Below, in pieces: positions 34,290 to 43,814 of a stretch of 64,000 nucleotides of DNA. A program made the translations under genes and the position numbers. The notes under the pieces were generated by a model, which searched no databases, was not told the origin of the DNA, and saw only the letters and a list, made by a program, of their open reading frames with translations. Position 1 is the first letter of the stretch. Every line of letters starts with the position of its first letter. The stretch is from an uncultured Pseudomonadota bacterium. Its GTDB lineage: Bacteria > Myxococcota_A > UBA796 > SXON01. The stretch spans positions 23,432 to 87,431 of the forward strand of contig CAJBVW010000342.1 in assembly GCA_903959175.1 (NCBI GenBank), written 5' to 3'.

Positions 34290-36485
34290 ATGGCGGACGG
34301 CGCACGGTGGGGGCGCGTCGGCGTGCTCCTCGCCGCCGTGCTGCTCGTGGCCGGGCTCCTCCGGCCGCTCCCATCCGCGCTGATGGAGCCGGCGCTCGGC
34401 ACTCAGGTGCTCGACCGGGACGGCATCCCCCTCGCCTACCGGGCCGCGCCCGATCGGGCCCCGGGCCAGCCGCTCTCCCTGGACGAGCTCGGCGCGGACC
34501 TCGTCGCGGCGACGCTCGCGGCGGAGGACCACCGCTTCCGCTGGCATCCCGGCGTCGATCCCGTCGGCGTGACCCGCGCCCTCGTGCACAACGCCCGCGC
34601 CGGGCGTGTGGTGGAGGGCGGCTCGACGATCACGCAGCAGCTCGCGCGCAACCTGGTGCCGCGCGGTCCCGGCCTCCTCGGCAAGGCCGGCGAGGCCCTC
34701 CTCGCGCTCCGCCTCGAGCTCTGGCTCGACAAGGACACGATCCTCGCGGAGTACCTGTCGCGCGTCTACTACGGCAACGCCGCGCTCGGAGCGGATGCCG
34801 CTGCGCGCCTCTACTTCGACCGCCCGCCCCGCGCGCTGTCCCTCGCCCAGGCCGCCACCCTCGCCGCGATCCCGCGCCGGCCGGCGGACCTCGATCCGCT
34901 CCGCTTCCCGCTGCGCGTGCAGGACGCGCGTGACGCCGTCCTCCGTCGCGTCCAACGCCGCGGCCTCGCCGATGCCTCCCGGGTCGCCGAGGCTCTCGCC
35001 GAGCCGCTGGTCCTCTCCCCGCCGGCCTCCCCGGGGGAGGCGCCCCACCTCGTGCGACGCGTGTTCGCGCCCGTCGCGCAGATCCGCACCACGATCGACC
35101 TCGCGCTGCAGCACGCCGCCGAGGCTGCCGTCGCCGACGTCCTCACGGCGCTGGCCCCCCACCGCGCCCACCAGGCCGCGGTCGTCGTCGTCCACAACCC
35201 CACGCGCGAGGTGATCGCCTACGTCGGCTCGGGCGTGTGGGGCTCCTCCGACGGCCAGGTCGACGGCGTCCGCGCCCCGCGCAGCCCCGGGAGCGCGCTC
35301 AAGCCCTTCCTCTACGGCCTGGCGCTGGAGGAGGGCGCCACCCTCGCCGACCTGGTGGAGGACACACCCGGCACCTGGTCCACCACGCACGGGAGCTGGC
35401 GCCCGGAGAACTACGACCACGGCAGCGCCGGTCCCGTCACGCTCCGGGAGGCCCTCGCGCGCAGCCTCAACGTGCCCGCCGTGCGCCTCGCCGAGCGCGT
35501 CGGCGTGGCCGACCTCCACCGCCGTCTCGTCGCCCTCGGCTTCACCACCCTCGGGGACCGCCCCGATCACTACGGGCTCTCCCTCGCGCTCGGCAGCGGC
35601 GAGATCCGGCTGGACGAGCTCGCCGCCGCCTACGCCACTCTCGCGTCGCAAGGTCGTTGGCGTCCCCTCCGCTTCACCCGCGACGCCCCCCGCCCCGCCC
35701 CGATCCGGGTCATGAGCCCTGCGGCGGCCTTCCTCATCGCGGACGCCCTCGACGACCCCGACGCCCGCGCCCCCGCCTTCGGCCGCGCCTCCGCGCTCGA
35801 GCCGAGCTTCCCGATGGCCGCGAAGACCGGCACGAGCACCGGCTGGCGCGACAACTGGGCCGTCGGCGTCACGCCCGCCGTCACCGTCGCCGTGTGGGTC
35901 GGCAACTTCGACGGCAGTCCCATGGTCGACATCAGCGGCGTCACCGGCGCCGGCCCGATCCTCGCCCGCGTGATGGCCGCCGCGATGGAGGGCCGCCCGG
36001 ACGAATCGTTCGCCACGCCACCCGGCCTCGCGCGTCGCGCGGTCTGCCCGCTCTCCGGGCTCCTCCGCGGCGCCTCGTGCCCCGACACCCGCGACGAGTG
36101 GCTCCCCGCCAAGGCCGAGCGCCCGACGTGTGACTGGCACACCCCGGCGGGCACCGCCGTCCCCTCTTCCCTCGCCGCATGGGCCGGCCAGAACGGCGTC
36201 CCGGTACGTGCGGACGGCGGCGCGGTGGCGGTCGTGGCGCCCGCGAACGGCACCACCTGGTGGCTCGACCCAGATCGGGCACCGGCCGACCAGGCCATCC
36301 CCCTGATCGCGCGCGCCCCCGCCGGCACCACCGCGATCTGGGCGGTGGACGGCGCTCCGGTCGCCACCACGGCCTCCCCGTTCACCGCAAGATGGGTCCC
36401 GACCCCCGGCGATCACCGCGTCACGGTCACGGTCGACGGGGTGAGCAGCGCCCCCGCCACCGTCTGGGTGGGCGGAGGCCCTTGA
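34290..36485 (+). CDS. pbpC: Penicillin-binding protein 1C
   Basis: ATG 34290, 18 nt after the A2M stop. TM GVLLAAVLLVAGLL. GT51 motifs AAEDHRFRWHPGVDP and GGSTITQQLARN. Transpeptidase motifs SPGSALKPFLY (SxxK) and AAKTGTSTGWRDNW (KTG). C-terminal PBP1C-type tail. 731 aa. Confidence 0.9.
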   Translation: MADGARWGRVGVLLAAVLLVAGLLRPLPSALMEPALGTQVLDRDGIPLAYRAAPDRAPGQPLSLDELGADLVAATLAAEDHRFRWHPGVDPVGVTRALVHNARAGRVVEGGSTITQQLARNLVPRGPGLLGKAGEALLALRLELWLDKDTILAEYLSRVYYGNAALGADAAARLYFDRPPRALSLAQAATLAAIPRRPADLDPLRFPLRVQDARDAVLRRVQRRGLADASRVAEALAEPLVLSPPASPGEAPHLVRRVFAPVAQIRTTIDLALQHAAEAAVADVLTALAPHRAHQAAVVVVHNPTREVIAYVGSGVWGSSDGQVDGVRAPRSPGSALKPFLYGLALEEGATLADLVEDTPGTWSTTHGSWRPENYDHGSAGPVTLREALARSLNVPAVRLAERVGVADLHRRLVALGFTTLGDRPDHYGLSLALGSGEIRLDELAAAYATLASQGRWRPLRFTRDAPRPAPIRVMSPAAAFLIADALDDPDARAPAFGRASALEPSFPMAAKTGTSTGWRDNWAVGVTPAVTVAVWVGNFDGSPMVDISGVTGAGPILARVMAAAMEGRPDESFATPPGLARRAVCPLSGLLRGASCPDTRDEWLPAKAERPTCDWHTPAGTAVPSSLAAWAGQNGVPVRADGGAVAVVAPANGTTWWLDPDRAPADQAIPLIARAPAGTTAIWAVDGAPVATTASPFTARWVPTPGDHRVTVTVDGVSSAPATVWVGGGP

Positions 36486-36520
36486 CCAGATCCGCCCGCC
36501 CCCATAAAGGACCCCCGAGC

Positions 36521-36595
36521 GGCGGCGTAGCCAAGTGGTCAGGCAATGGTTTGCAAAACCATCATACGCCGGTTCGAATCCGGCCGCCGCCTCCA
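36521..36595 (+). tRNA. tRNA-Cys (anticodon GCA), CCA encoded
   Basis: GGCGGCG acceptor stem pairing with CGCCGCC. Anticodon stem ATGGT/ACCAT with loop TTGCAAA. T-arm GCCGG-TTCGAAT-CCGGC. Discriminator T followed by CCA. Confidence 0.9.
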
Positions 36596-36614
36596 CATTT
36601 CCCCATGTTCCGGT

Positions 36615-37067
36615 TTGATCCTCGCGCTCTTCCTGGGCGCTTGTAGCGATCCACCTGACCCCCAGCCAATCCCCCGCCCGAACGGCTCCACCGCGCCGTG
36701 GGTCGCTTGGCGTGCTGCGAACAGCCCGGTACGCGGCCCGGTCGCGCTCATCCTGGATCGCCCCGGCGGATCGATGGACCGCGTCGTCGCCGACGCCGAC
36801 GTGACGACCTTCCTGAACGACAGCTTCCACGCCCTCTTCGAGGCGCCGGAGCCGGGTCGCCCGGAGGGAACCGTCCGCTTCTACGACGGATGCGGCTGCC
36901 CCCTCACCGACGCCCTCCGACCAGCCTCGGCCGAGGCGTTCATCGCCGTCGCGAACGAGGTCATCGTCCTGCCCGGGTGGGCCGCCTGCGAGGGTCGCCC
37001 CTTCTCGCGAACCTGTGCGCCCGCTCGCGCCGACGACGGAGCGGATCGAGGCGGATCCGGGTTATGA
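36615..37067 (+). CDS. Putative small lipoprotein (hypothetical), non-ATG start
   Basis: The frame of ORF 36546-37067 begins inside the tRNA, so that ATG is rejected. The in-frame TTG at 36615 would give (M)ILALFLGAC, a lipobox. The exact start is unresolved. The rest of the frame is GC3-rich and ends 24 nt before exbB. Confidence 0.4.
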   Translation: MILALFLGACSDPPDPQPIPRPNGSTAPWVAWRAANSPVRGPVALILDRPGGSMDRVVADADVTTFLNDSFHALFEAPEPGRPEGTVRFYDGCGCPLTDALRPASAEAFIAVANEVIVLPGWAACEGRPFSRTCAPARADDGADRGGSGL

Positions 37068-37091
37068 AGCGCGGCCTCGGAGTGCAGGCGA

Positions 37092-37720
<629 letters not shown>

Positions 37721-37721
<1 letters not shown>

Positions 37722-38158
37722 TGGCTGGTAAGCTCGGAGGCGGCGGCGACGAGCCGATGACCGAGATCAACATCGTCCCGCTCGTGGACATCGTGTTGGT
37801 CGTCCTCATCATCTTCATGGTCACCGCGACCTACATGAACCCGCAGGGCATCAAGGTGAACCTCCCCGAGGCGGCGACCGGCGAGAGCATCGAGTCCTCC
37901 TCGCTGGGCATCACCGTCGCGGCGGACGGCGCGCTGTTCCTCGACGGCGCGCCCGTCACCGAGGACGCCCTCCGCGCCGCCGTCCGCGCGGCCAAGGCCG
38001 AGAAGGCCGACGTCGTCTGCCTGATCGCCGGCGACAAGGATGCCCGCCACGGGGACGTGACGCACGTCATCGACCTGGTGAAGCAGGAGGGCATCGCCAA
38101 GTTCGCGATCAACATCGACCCCGCGGCCGAGCCGGCCGTCGCGACCGGCACGCCGTGA
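37721..38158 (+). CDS. exbD: ExbD/TolR-family protein
   Basis: EINIVPLVDIVLVVLIIFMV TM signature and a short periplasmic domain. 145 aa. The start overlaps the exbB stop. Confidence 0.9.
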
Positions 38159-38910
38159 GCCTCTCGCCCTACCGCAAGGATCCACGCTGGCAACGCGTGC
38201 TGCGCTCCTCGGCGATCGGGCTCTCCGTCGGCTTCCATGTGGTGCTCGCACTCTTCCTGATCTCGAACCCCGCCGTCGCGAAGAAGGCGTCCCAGTGGGT
38301 CGAGGTCGCGATCAACGAGCCCAAACCGCCGCCTCCTCCGCCGGAGCCCGAGGCGCCGAAGCCCGAGCCGCCGAAGCCGAAGCCGCTCCCGAAGGTCGTG
38401 AAGTTCGAGGACACGACGCCCACCCCTCCGCCGCCGGACGCCGTAGCCCCGCCCCCCGAGCCGACCCGTCGCGTCGTCCGCCAGGTCCAAGGGTTGACCG
38501 CCAACTCCTTCGCGCCCGGCGCCAGCACCGGTCTCAGCGTGCGCGCGGGGAACTCCACCGGCGTGGCCGCAGGAAAGGACACGATGAACCTCGGCGAAGC
38601 CGCCGGCCCCTTCGAGGCGCGGCCCTACACCGCCGTCTCCAAGGCGCCCGCCCTGCGCTGGTGCCCGATGATGGACGTGCCGGACGAGGCGAAGAAGGCC
38701 GGCCTGGACGGTCGGATGGTGAAGGTGCTCCTCGATCTCGACGACAAGGGCAAGGTCACGCGCGTGAAGATCGTCGAGGGCCTCGGCTTTGGCGTAGATG
38801 AGGCGTGCATCGCCGCGTATCGAAAGTCCCAGTGGCGCCCCGCGGAGCAGGATGGCACCCCGGTCGCCGTCATCGGGGTCCCCCAGAACTGCCTCGTCCA
38901 GGAGCAATGA
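38155..38910 (+). CDS. tonB: TonB-family energy transducer
   Basis: N-terminal TM (AIGLSVGFHVVLALFLI), Pro-rich spacer EPKPPPPPPEPEAPKPEPPKPKPLPK, and a C-terminal TonB-C-like fold (GRMVKVLLDLDDKGKVTRVKIVEGLGFG.DEACIAAYRKSQWRPAEQDGTPV). 4-nt overlap with exbD. Confidence 0.85.
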   Translation: MSLSPYRKDPRWQRVLRSSAIGLSVGFHVVLALFLISNPAVAKKASQWVEVAINEPKPPPPPPEPEAPKPEPPKPKPLPKVVKFEDTTPTPPPPDAVAPPPEPTRRVVRQVQGLTANSFAPGASTGLSVRAGNSTGVAAGKDTMNLGEAAGPFEARPYTAVSKAPALRWCPMMDVPDEAKKAGLDGRMVKVLLDLDDKGKVTRVKIVEGLGFGVDEACIAAYRKSQWRPAEQDGTPVAVIGVPQNCLVQEQ

Positions 38911-41540
38911 TGTCCACGCTCCTCCTCGCCCTGACGCTGTCGGGCTGGGCCGGCGCGGAGACGCCCGCTCCCACCGCGCCTCCGGTCGACGACCTCCCTC
39001 CCCTCCTCAAGGATCCCGCGCTCCTCGCCTTCGTCGAGGCGCCCTACCCCGAGGCCGCGCGCGCCGCGCAGATCGAGGGCACCGTCCGCCTCGCCCTCGA
39101 GATCGACGCAACCGGCGCCGTCACCGGCGTCTCCGTGATCGAGCCGACCGGCACGGACGTGGGCCTCGAAGAAGCCGCGATGGACGCGGCGAAGAAGTTT
39201 ACCTTCTCCCCCGCGGAGGACGCTACTGGCCCCGTCCCCGTCGTCGTCGAGTTCGCCTACGGCTTCGTGCTCGACGCCGCCGCGAAGGTCGGGGCCGTCC
39301 CCGAGGCCGCCGCCGCCGCGCCCGCAGCAGAGCTGCCCGTCAACCTCGACGGCGTCCTCATCGAGATGGGCACCCGCCGCCCGCTCGCCGGCCTCGTCGT
39401 ACGCCTCGAGCCGAGCGGCGTCGAGGTCACCAGCGACGCCGAGGGAAAATACGCGTTCCGCGGCGTCCCGCCAGGTGAAATCACCGTCCGCGTCGTCCAC
39501 CCTGGCTACCAGACCCTCGAGCAGCCCGTCCAGGTGAGCGCCTCCGAGCTCACCACGGCAAAGCTCTGGCTGCGGAACGAGTCGTACACGCAAGCCGGCG
39601 TCATCGGCGTCTACAAGAAGCCGAGCGCCGAGGTCTCCAAGCGCACCATCTCGATGGAAGAGGTCCGTCGCGTCCCCGGCACCTTCGGGGACCCGATCCG
39701 CGTCATCCAGACCCTCCCCGGCGCGGCGCGCTCCCCGTTCGGCACCGGCTTCCTCGTGATCCGTGGGTCCAACCCCGAGGATTCGGGCGTCTACGTAGAC
39801 GGCATCCGCATCCCCTACATCTACCACCTCGGCGGCTTCGAGTCGGTCATCAACCCCGACCTCGTCGGCGCGGTCGACTACCTCCCCGGCGGCTTCGGCC
39901 CCCGCTACGGCCGCAGTACCGGTGGCGTGGTCGACGTACGCACCCGCACCGAGTTCCCCGAGCGCACCCACGTCACCTGGTCCACCGACCTGCTCGACTC
40001 CGGCGTTCTCGTGACCGGCACGCTCGGCAAGAAGGACCAGCACGGCTTCGGCGTCGCCGCCCGCCGCTCCTACGTCGACGCCATCCTCCCCCTCTTCCTC
40101 GACGAGGGCTTCGTCGCCCGGCCCCAGTGGTGGGACTACCAGGCGAAGTACCAGTGGCAGGGGGACGGCCCGAACGAGTTCTCCCTGTTGATCTTCGGCT
40201 TCCAGGACGTGCTCATCGCGTCCACGCCGCCGGGCTACGCGCAGAGCTCCGACCCCGACGGCCAGGGCGAGCTCGGCACCACGTACTCCACCCACCGCAT
40301 CCTCGCGCGGTGGGAGCACCGCTTCAGCGACACCCTCGAGCTCCACGTCATCCCCTCGGTCGGCAACGACTACGCCAGCTTCAGCCTCGGGAACGCGTGG
40401 CAGCTCGAGCAGACCCAATGGATGGCCGAGGTCCGCACCGAGCTCGCGTGGACACCCAACGCCCACGTCAAGCTCGTCCCCGGCGTCGACTTCGTGGGCG
40501 GCATCGCCCCGTTCTCGATCACACTCCCCTTCGATCCGTCCCAATTCGCCGAGACCGACCCCCTCGCCGAGCGCGAGCCCTTCACCGTACAGGACACCCA
40601 ACCCGGGTGGGGGCCCGACCTCTACCTCCTCGCCGAGCTCCGCCCGCTCGCCGACCCCGAGCGCCTCCTCCTCACCCCCGGCCTCCGCTTCAACTTCGTG
40701 AGCATTCCGGGCGAGTACGACATCTGGTCGTTCGACCCTCGCTTCTCCGGACGCTTCTCCGTCTTCGAGGGCGGGCGCGTGAAGGGCTCCGTGGGCCTCT
40801 ACCACCAGCCCCCGCAGCCCTTCCAGAGCTACCGCGTCGACGACCTCCCCGTCGACCTCGGCTTCGAACGTTCGCTCGCGGGCTCGCTCGGGTGGGAGCA
40901 GGACATCGGCCCCGCTGTGCAGGTCGACGCCGAGGTCTTCTACAAGGCCCTGGACAACCTCATCGTCGGCAATCCCGAGTTCCAGTCGTTGGACGACCAA
41001 TTCTTCGTCAACGCCGGCGTCGGCCGCGCCTACGGCCTCGAGGTCCTCCTCCGCCACGCCCCCGTCGACCGCTTCTTCGGGTGGATCAGCTACACGCTCT
41101 CCCGCTCTGAGCGCCGTGACCAGCCCGACGAGGAGTGGTACCCCTTCGACTTCGACCAGACGCACATCCTCGTGGGGACCGCCGGCTACAAGCTCCCGTG
41201 GGACATCGAGGCCTCCGCCAAGGTCGAGTACGTCACCGGGAACCCGACGACCCCCTACTCCCTCGGCGTCTACGACGTCGATCAGGACAGCTACCAGGCC
41301 TTCGCCACCGGCGCGCCGAACTCGGACCGACTGCCGGCTTATTGGGCGGTGAGCGGCCGAATTGACAAGCTGTTCACCTTCCGAGCGTGGCAACTCGACC
41401 TCTACGTCGACCTACTGAACGTCGTCCACGGCAAGAACCCAGAGTTCGAGCTGTATAATTACGACTACACCGAGAAGTCCTACATCCAGGGGCTCCCGTT
41501 CATCCCGAGCCCCGGCTTCGAGGCGAGGTTCCAGTTCTGA
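38907..41540 (+). CDS. Oar-like TonB-dependent outer-membrane receptor with N-terminal TonB-C-like and carboxypeptidase-regulatory-like domains
   Basis: ATG 38907 overlaps the tonB stop. Signal MMSTLLLALTLSGWAGA. TonB-C-like segment PYPEAARAAQIEGTVRLALEIDATGAVTGVSVIEPTG..LEEAAMDAAKKFTFSPAEDATGPVPVVVEFAYGF. CarboxypepD_reg-like LVVRLEPSGVEVTSDAEGKYAFRGVPPGEITVRVVHPGYQ. Plug (VRRVPGTFGDPIRVIQTLPG...LVIRGSNPEDSGVYVDG). Large barrel ending ...GFEARFQF. Confidence 0.85.
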   Translation: MMSTLLLALTLSGWAGAETPAPTAPPVDDLPPLLKDPALLAFVEAPYPEAARAAQIEGTVRLALEIDATGAVTGVSVIEPTGTDVGLEEAAMDAAKKFTFSPAEDATGPVPVVVEFAYGFVLDAAAKVGAVPEAAAAAPAAELPVNLDGVLIEMGTRRPLAGLVVRLEPSGVEVTSDAEGKYAFRGVPPGEITVRVVHPGYQTLEQPVQVSASELTTAKLWLRNESYTQAGVIGVYKKPSAEVSKRTISMEEVRRVPGTFGDPIRVIQTLPGAARSPFGTGFLVIRGSNPEDSGVYVDGIRIPYIYHLGGFESVINPDLVGAVDYLPGGFGPRYGRSTGGVVDVRTRTEFPERTHVTWSTDLLDSGVLVTGTLGKKDQHGFGVAARRSYVDAILPLFLDEGFVARPQWWDYQAKYQWQGDGPNEFSLLIFGFQDVLIASTPPGYAQSSDPDGQGELGTTYSTHRILARWEHRFSDTLELHVIPSVGNDYASFSLGNAWQLEQTQWMAEVRTELAWTPNAHVKLVPGVDFVGGIAPFSITLPFDPSQFAETDPLAEREPFTVQDTQPGWGPDLYLLAELRPLADPERLLLTPGLRFNFVSIPGEYDIWSFDPRFSGRFSVFEGGRVKGSVGLYHQPPQPFQSYRVDDLPVDLGFERSLAGSLGWEQDIGPAVQVDAEVFYKALDNLIVGNPEFQSLDDQFFVNAGVGRAYGLEVLLRHAPVDRFFGWISYTLSRSERRDQPDEEWYPFDFDQTHILVGTAGYKLPWDIEASAKVEYVTGNPTTPYSLGVYDVDQDSYQAFATGAPNSDRLPAYWAVSGRIDKLFTFRAWQLDLYVDLLNVVHGKNPEFELYNYDYTEKSYIQGLPFIPSPGFEARFQF

Positions 41541-42394
41541 TGCTGATCTTCACCCTCCTCGCCTGCACCGAGAACAAGCTCTCCGAGAGCTGGCAGATCG
41601 ACCGTCTGCGCGTCCTCGCCGTCGCCGCCGAACCGGCGGAGCCGAGGCCTGGAGACCGCGTCACGTTCACCTCTCTCGTCGTCTCGCCGAACGTCGAGGT
41701 CGCCGCCACGGTGTGGTTCGCCTGCCTCACGAGCGAGGGAGACTACGGATGCACCATCGACGAGAGCCTCCTCGAAGGCCTGGATCCCACCGGGGAGCTC
41801 ACGGCCGACGAGCTGGAGGCCCTCTACGACGCCGGCTTCATCGGCGCCGAGCCCTTCCTCCCACCGGTGTGGAACGTGCCGGAGGACGCCCTCGCGGGCC
41901 TCACCTCCGACGAGCAGCTCGAGGGGCTCACCGCCATCGTCAACGTGAGCGCCATCCCCGAGGACGCGGATCTCTCCTCCGACGACCTCGAGCTCGCCTA
42001 CAAGCGCGTGCCCGTCAGCCTCGCGGTGTCCCCCAACCACAACCCGGCCATCCGCGCCGTCAGCGTCGACGGCGTGGAGGTCCCGCCCGGCACCGTGGTC
42101 TCGCTGGACCGCGGCCAGCCCTACACCCTCACCGTCGCCCTCACGGAGGACGCCGTCGAGCCCTACACCTTCGTGAACAACGCCGGTGAGGTCGAGGAAC
42201 GCACCGAGGAGCCGTACCTGAGCTGGTACACCGAGGCCGGCGAGTTCGACCAGACCACAGACTTATGGCCCTATTTCGAGGCCATCTACTACGCGCCCGA
42301 GGCCCCCACCGCCGACGCCTCGACGCTCTGGGTCGTCGTGCGTGACCGCCGCGGCGGCATGGCCTGGGCCTCGCTGTCGGCGCGCTACCGCTGA
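41540..42394 (+). CDS. Hypothetical lipoprotein coupled to the receptor gene
   Basis: The start overlaps the receptor stop (TGATG). Lipobox MLIFTLLAC. 284 aa, acidic, with no named motif. Confidence 0.7.
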   Translation: MLIFTLLACTENKLSESWQIDRLRVLAVAAEPAEPRPGDRVTFTSLVVSPNVEVAATVWFACLTSEGDYGCTIDESLLEGLDPTGELTADELEALYDAGFIGAEPFLPPVWNVPEDALAGLTSDEQLEGLTAIVNVSAIPEDADLSSDDLELAYKRVPVSLAVSPNHNPAIRAVSVDGVEVPPGTVVSLDRGQPYTLTVALTEDAVEPYTFVNNAGEVEERTEEPYLSWYTEAGEFDQTTDLWPYFEAIYYAPEAPTADASTLWVVVRDRRGGMAWASLSARYR

Positions 42395-42810
42395 GCCGGG
42401 GCCGGCGGCGGCGCGGCAACCGTGAACGCCTCGCTCCGCGCCACGCCCCGGGCGCCGCAGGCTGCGCGCGCGAACGACCGCCCGGCGACGCATCCGGTGC
42501 CCCACGCGACCACGCCCCGGAAGGTGCCTGCCGCGGGCGAAGCGACCGTCAGCACGAGCTCCGCCGGGACGAGCAGGGCCACGGCGGTTCCGTCGCAGGT
42601 CACGCTCGAGCGCGCGGGCACCCAGCGATCGCCCTCCTGACGCTCCAGCTCCACGGCCGAGCAGCCATCAATCGACACTAGCCCGCCGGGCCCAGGCCGA
42701 AACGTGAGCGCGACAGCGACGCCGGCGATCGAACCACCCTCCGGCGCCAGGAGTGCGGGCTCCGGGGAAGCCGCGCTGACGATGGACAAGAGGGGGAGGA
42801 ACAGCAGCAT
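42385..42810 (-). CDS. Small secreted Cys-containing hypothetical protein
   Basis: ORF 42385-43146 trimmed to the internal ATG 42810, giving signal peptide MLLFLPLLSIVSAAS. 141 aa with four Cys. Convergent with the preceding gene, with a 10-nt overlap. Confidence 0.45.
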   Translation of the reverse strand: MLLFLPLLSIVSAASPEPALLAPEGGSIAGVAVALTFRPGPGGLVSIDGCSAVELERQEGDRWVPARSSVTCDGTAVALLVPAELVLTVASPAAGTFRGVVAWGTGCVAGRSFARAACGARGVARSEAFTVAAPPPAPAQR

Positions 42811-42919
42811 GGGGCCTCGCGTGAGCTTCTCCTCCCTAACAGCAGGATCCGTGCTACAGTCCCGGGCCGCGAGGGTGCCTGCCCTCTTCGCCCTGTGCTG
42901 GAGCCTCGGAGAAGCCTGA

Positions 42920-43801
42920 ATGACCACGTTGCCGGTCCCCCGCCCGACACGAAGCACCTTGTCGTCGAAGTTGTCGATCGCCGTCCTGGGCCTGATGGCC
43001 CTCTTGGCCTCGGCGCCTGAAGCCACCGCTGCCGACCATCCGGCCGGAACGGCGCTCGAGGAGATGAAGGGGAAGAAGCTCCCCGTAAACCTCATCCAGA
43101 ACAAGTTCTTCGTGAAGGCGAACCGTTTCGAGATCGCGCCGTCCATCGGCTACGTCCCGAACAACGCGTTCGTCACGAGCGTCTATGGCGGCGCCATCGC
43201 CGCCTACCACTTCAGCGACTCGTTCGCGGCGGAGGGTGCGTTCCTCTACGCGCCCAACACCGGCGCGGCGGGCATGAAGGGCCTGACGCAGACCCTCGTT
43301 GGCATCGCCTACGAAGGCAACAACGAGACCTCGTTCCGGCAGCCGCTCGACCGGCTCCAGCTCGGCGCGATCTTCTCCGCGCGTTGGTCGCCGGTCTACG
43401 GCAAGATCAACCTGATCGGCGAGGGCGTCCTCAACTTCGACGTCTACGGGACCGCCGGTGTCGGCCTCCTGTTGGTCACGAAGGACTTCGCCAGCATCAA
43501 CCCGGACTACACGGCCGGTGTGGAGGGCGCCGATCCGGCGATCCCCGCCATCACCCCGTCGACCGAGGCCTACCCCGCCCTCAACCTGGGCATCGGGCTG
43601 GACTTCTTCCTCACCCAGTCCATCGCGCTCAAGATCGACGCCCGCAGCGCGCTCTACATCGCGAACGAGCCGGACTACGGCAACAAGCTCGCCGACGGCA
43701 GCGCGGAGCCCCTCGAGAAACGTCTGTACAACACGTTCCTCACGACGGCCGGCGTCAGCATCTACATTCCGCGGATGAAGCCGCGCATGTTCAACTTCTA
43801 A
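42920..43801 (+). CDS. Outer-membrane beta-barrel protein, GltA/GltB (NfsA/NfsB)-like
   Basis: Signal peptide (...IAVLGLMALLASAPEATA), amphipathic beta-strand pattern and an aromatic C-terminus ...RMFNF. Paralogous to the next gene through shared blocks: IQNKFFVKANRFEIAPSIGYVPNN vs IQKKNFMKIHRYEVGPSLGFVAND, and SPVYGK vs SPIYGK. Confidence 0.75.
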   Translation: MTTLPVPRPTRSTLSSKLSIAVLGLMALLASAPEATAADHPAGTALEEMKGKKLPVNLIQNKFFVKANRFEIAPSIGYVPNNAFVTSVYGGAIAAYHFSDSFAAEGAFLYAPNTGAAGMKGLTQTLVGIAYEGNNETSFRQPLDRLQLGAIFSARWSPVYGKINLIGEGVLNFDVYGTAGVGLLLVTKDFASINPDYTAGVEGADPAIPAITPSTEAYPALNLGIGLDFFLTQSIALKIDARSALYIANEPDYGNKLADGSAEPLEKRLYNTFLTTAGVSIYIPRMKPRMFNF

Positions 43802-43814
43802 GGTCGGAGCGCTC

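Noticed and set aside
36546-36614. ATG start of ORF 36546-37067
   Set aside because: The ATG lies inside the anticodon arm of tRNA-Cys, so the first 16 or so codons are tRNA sequence.
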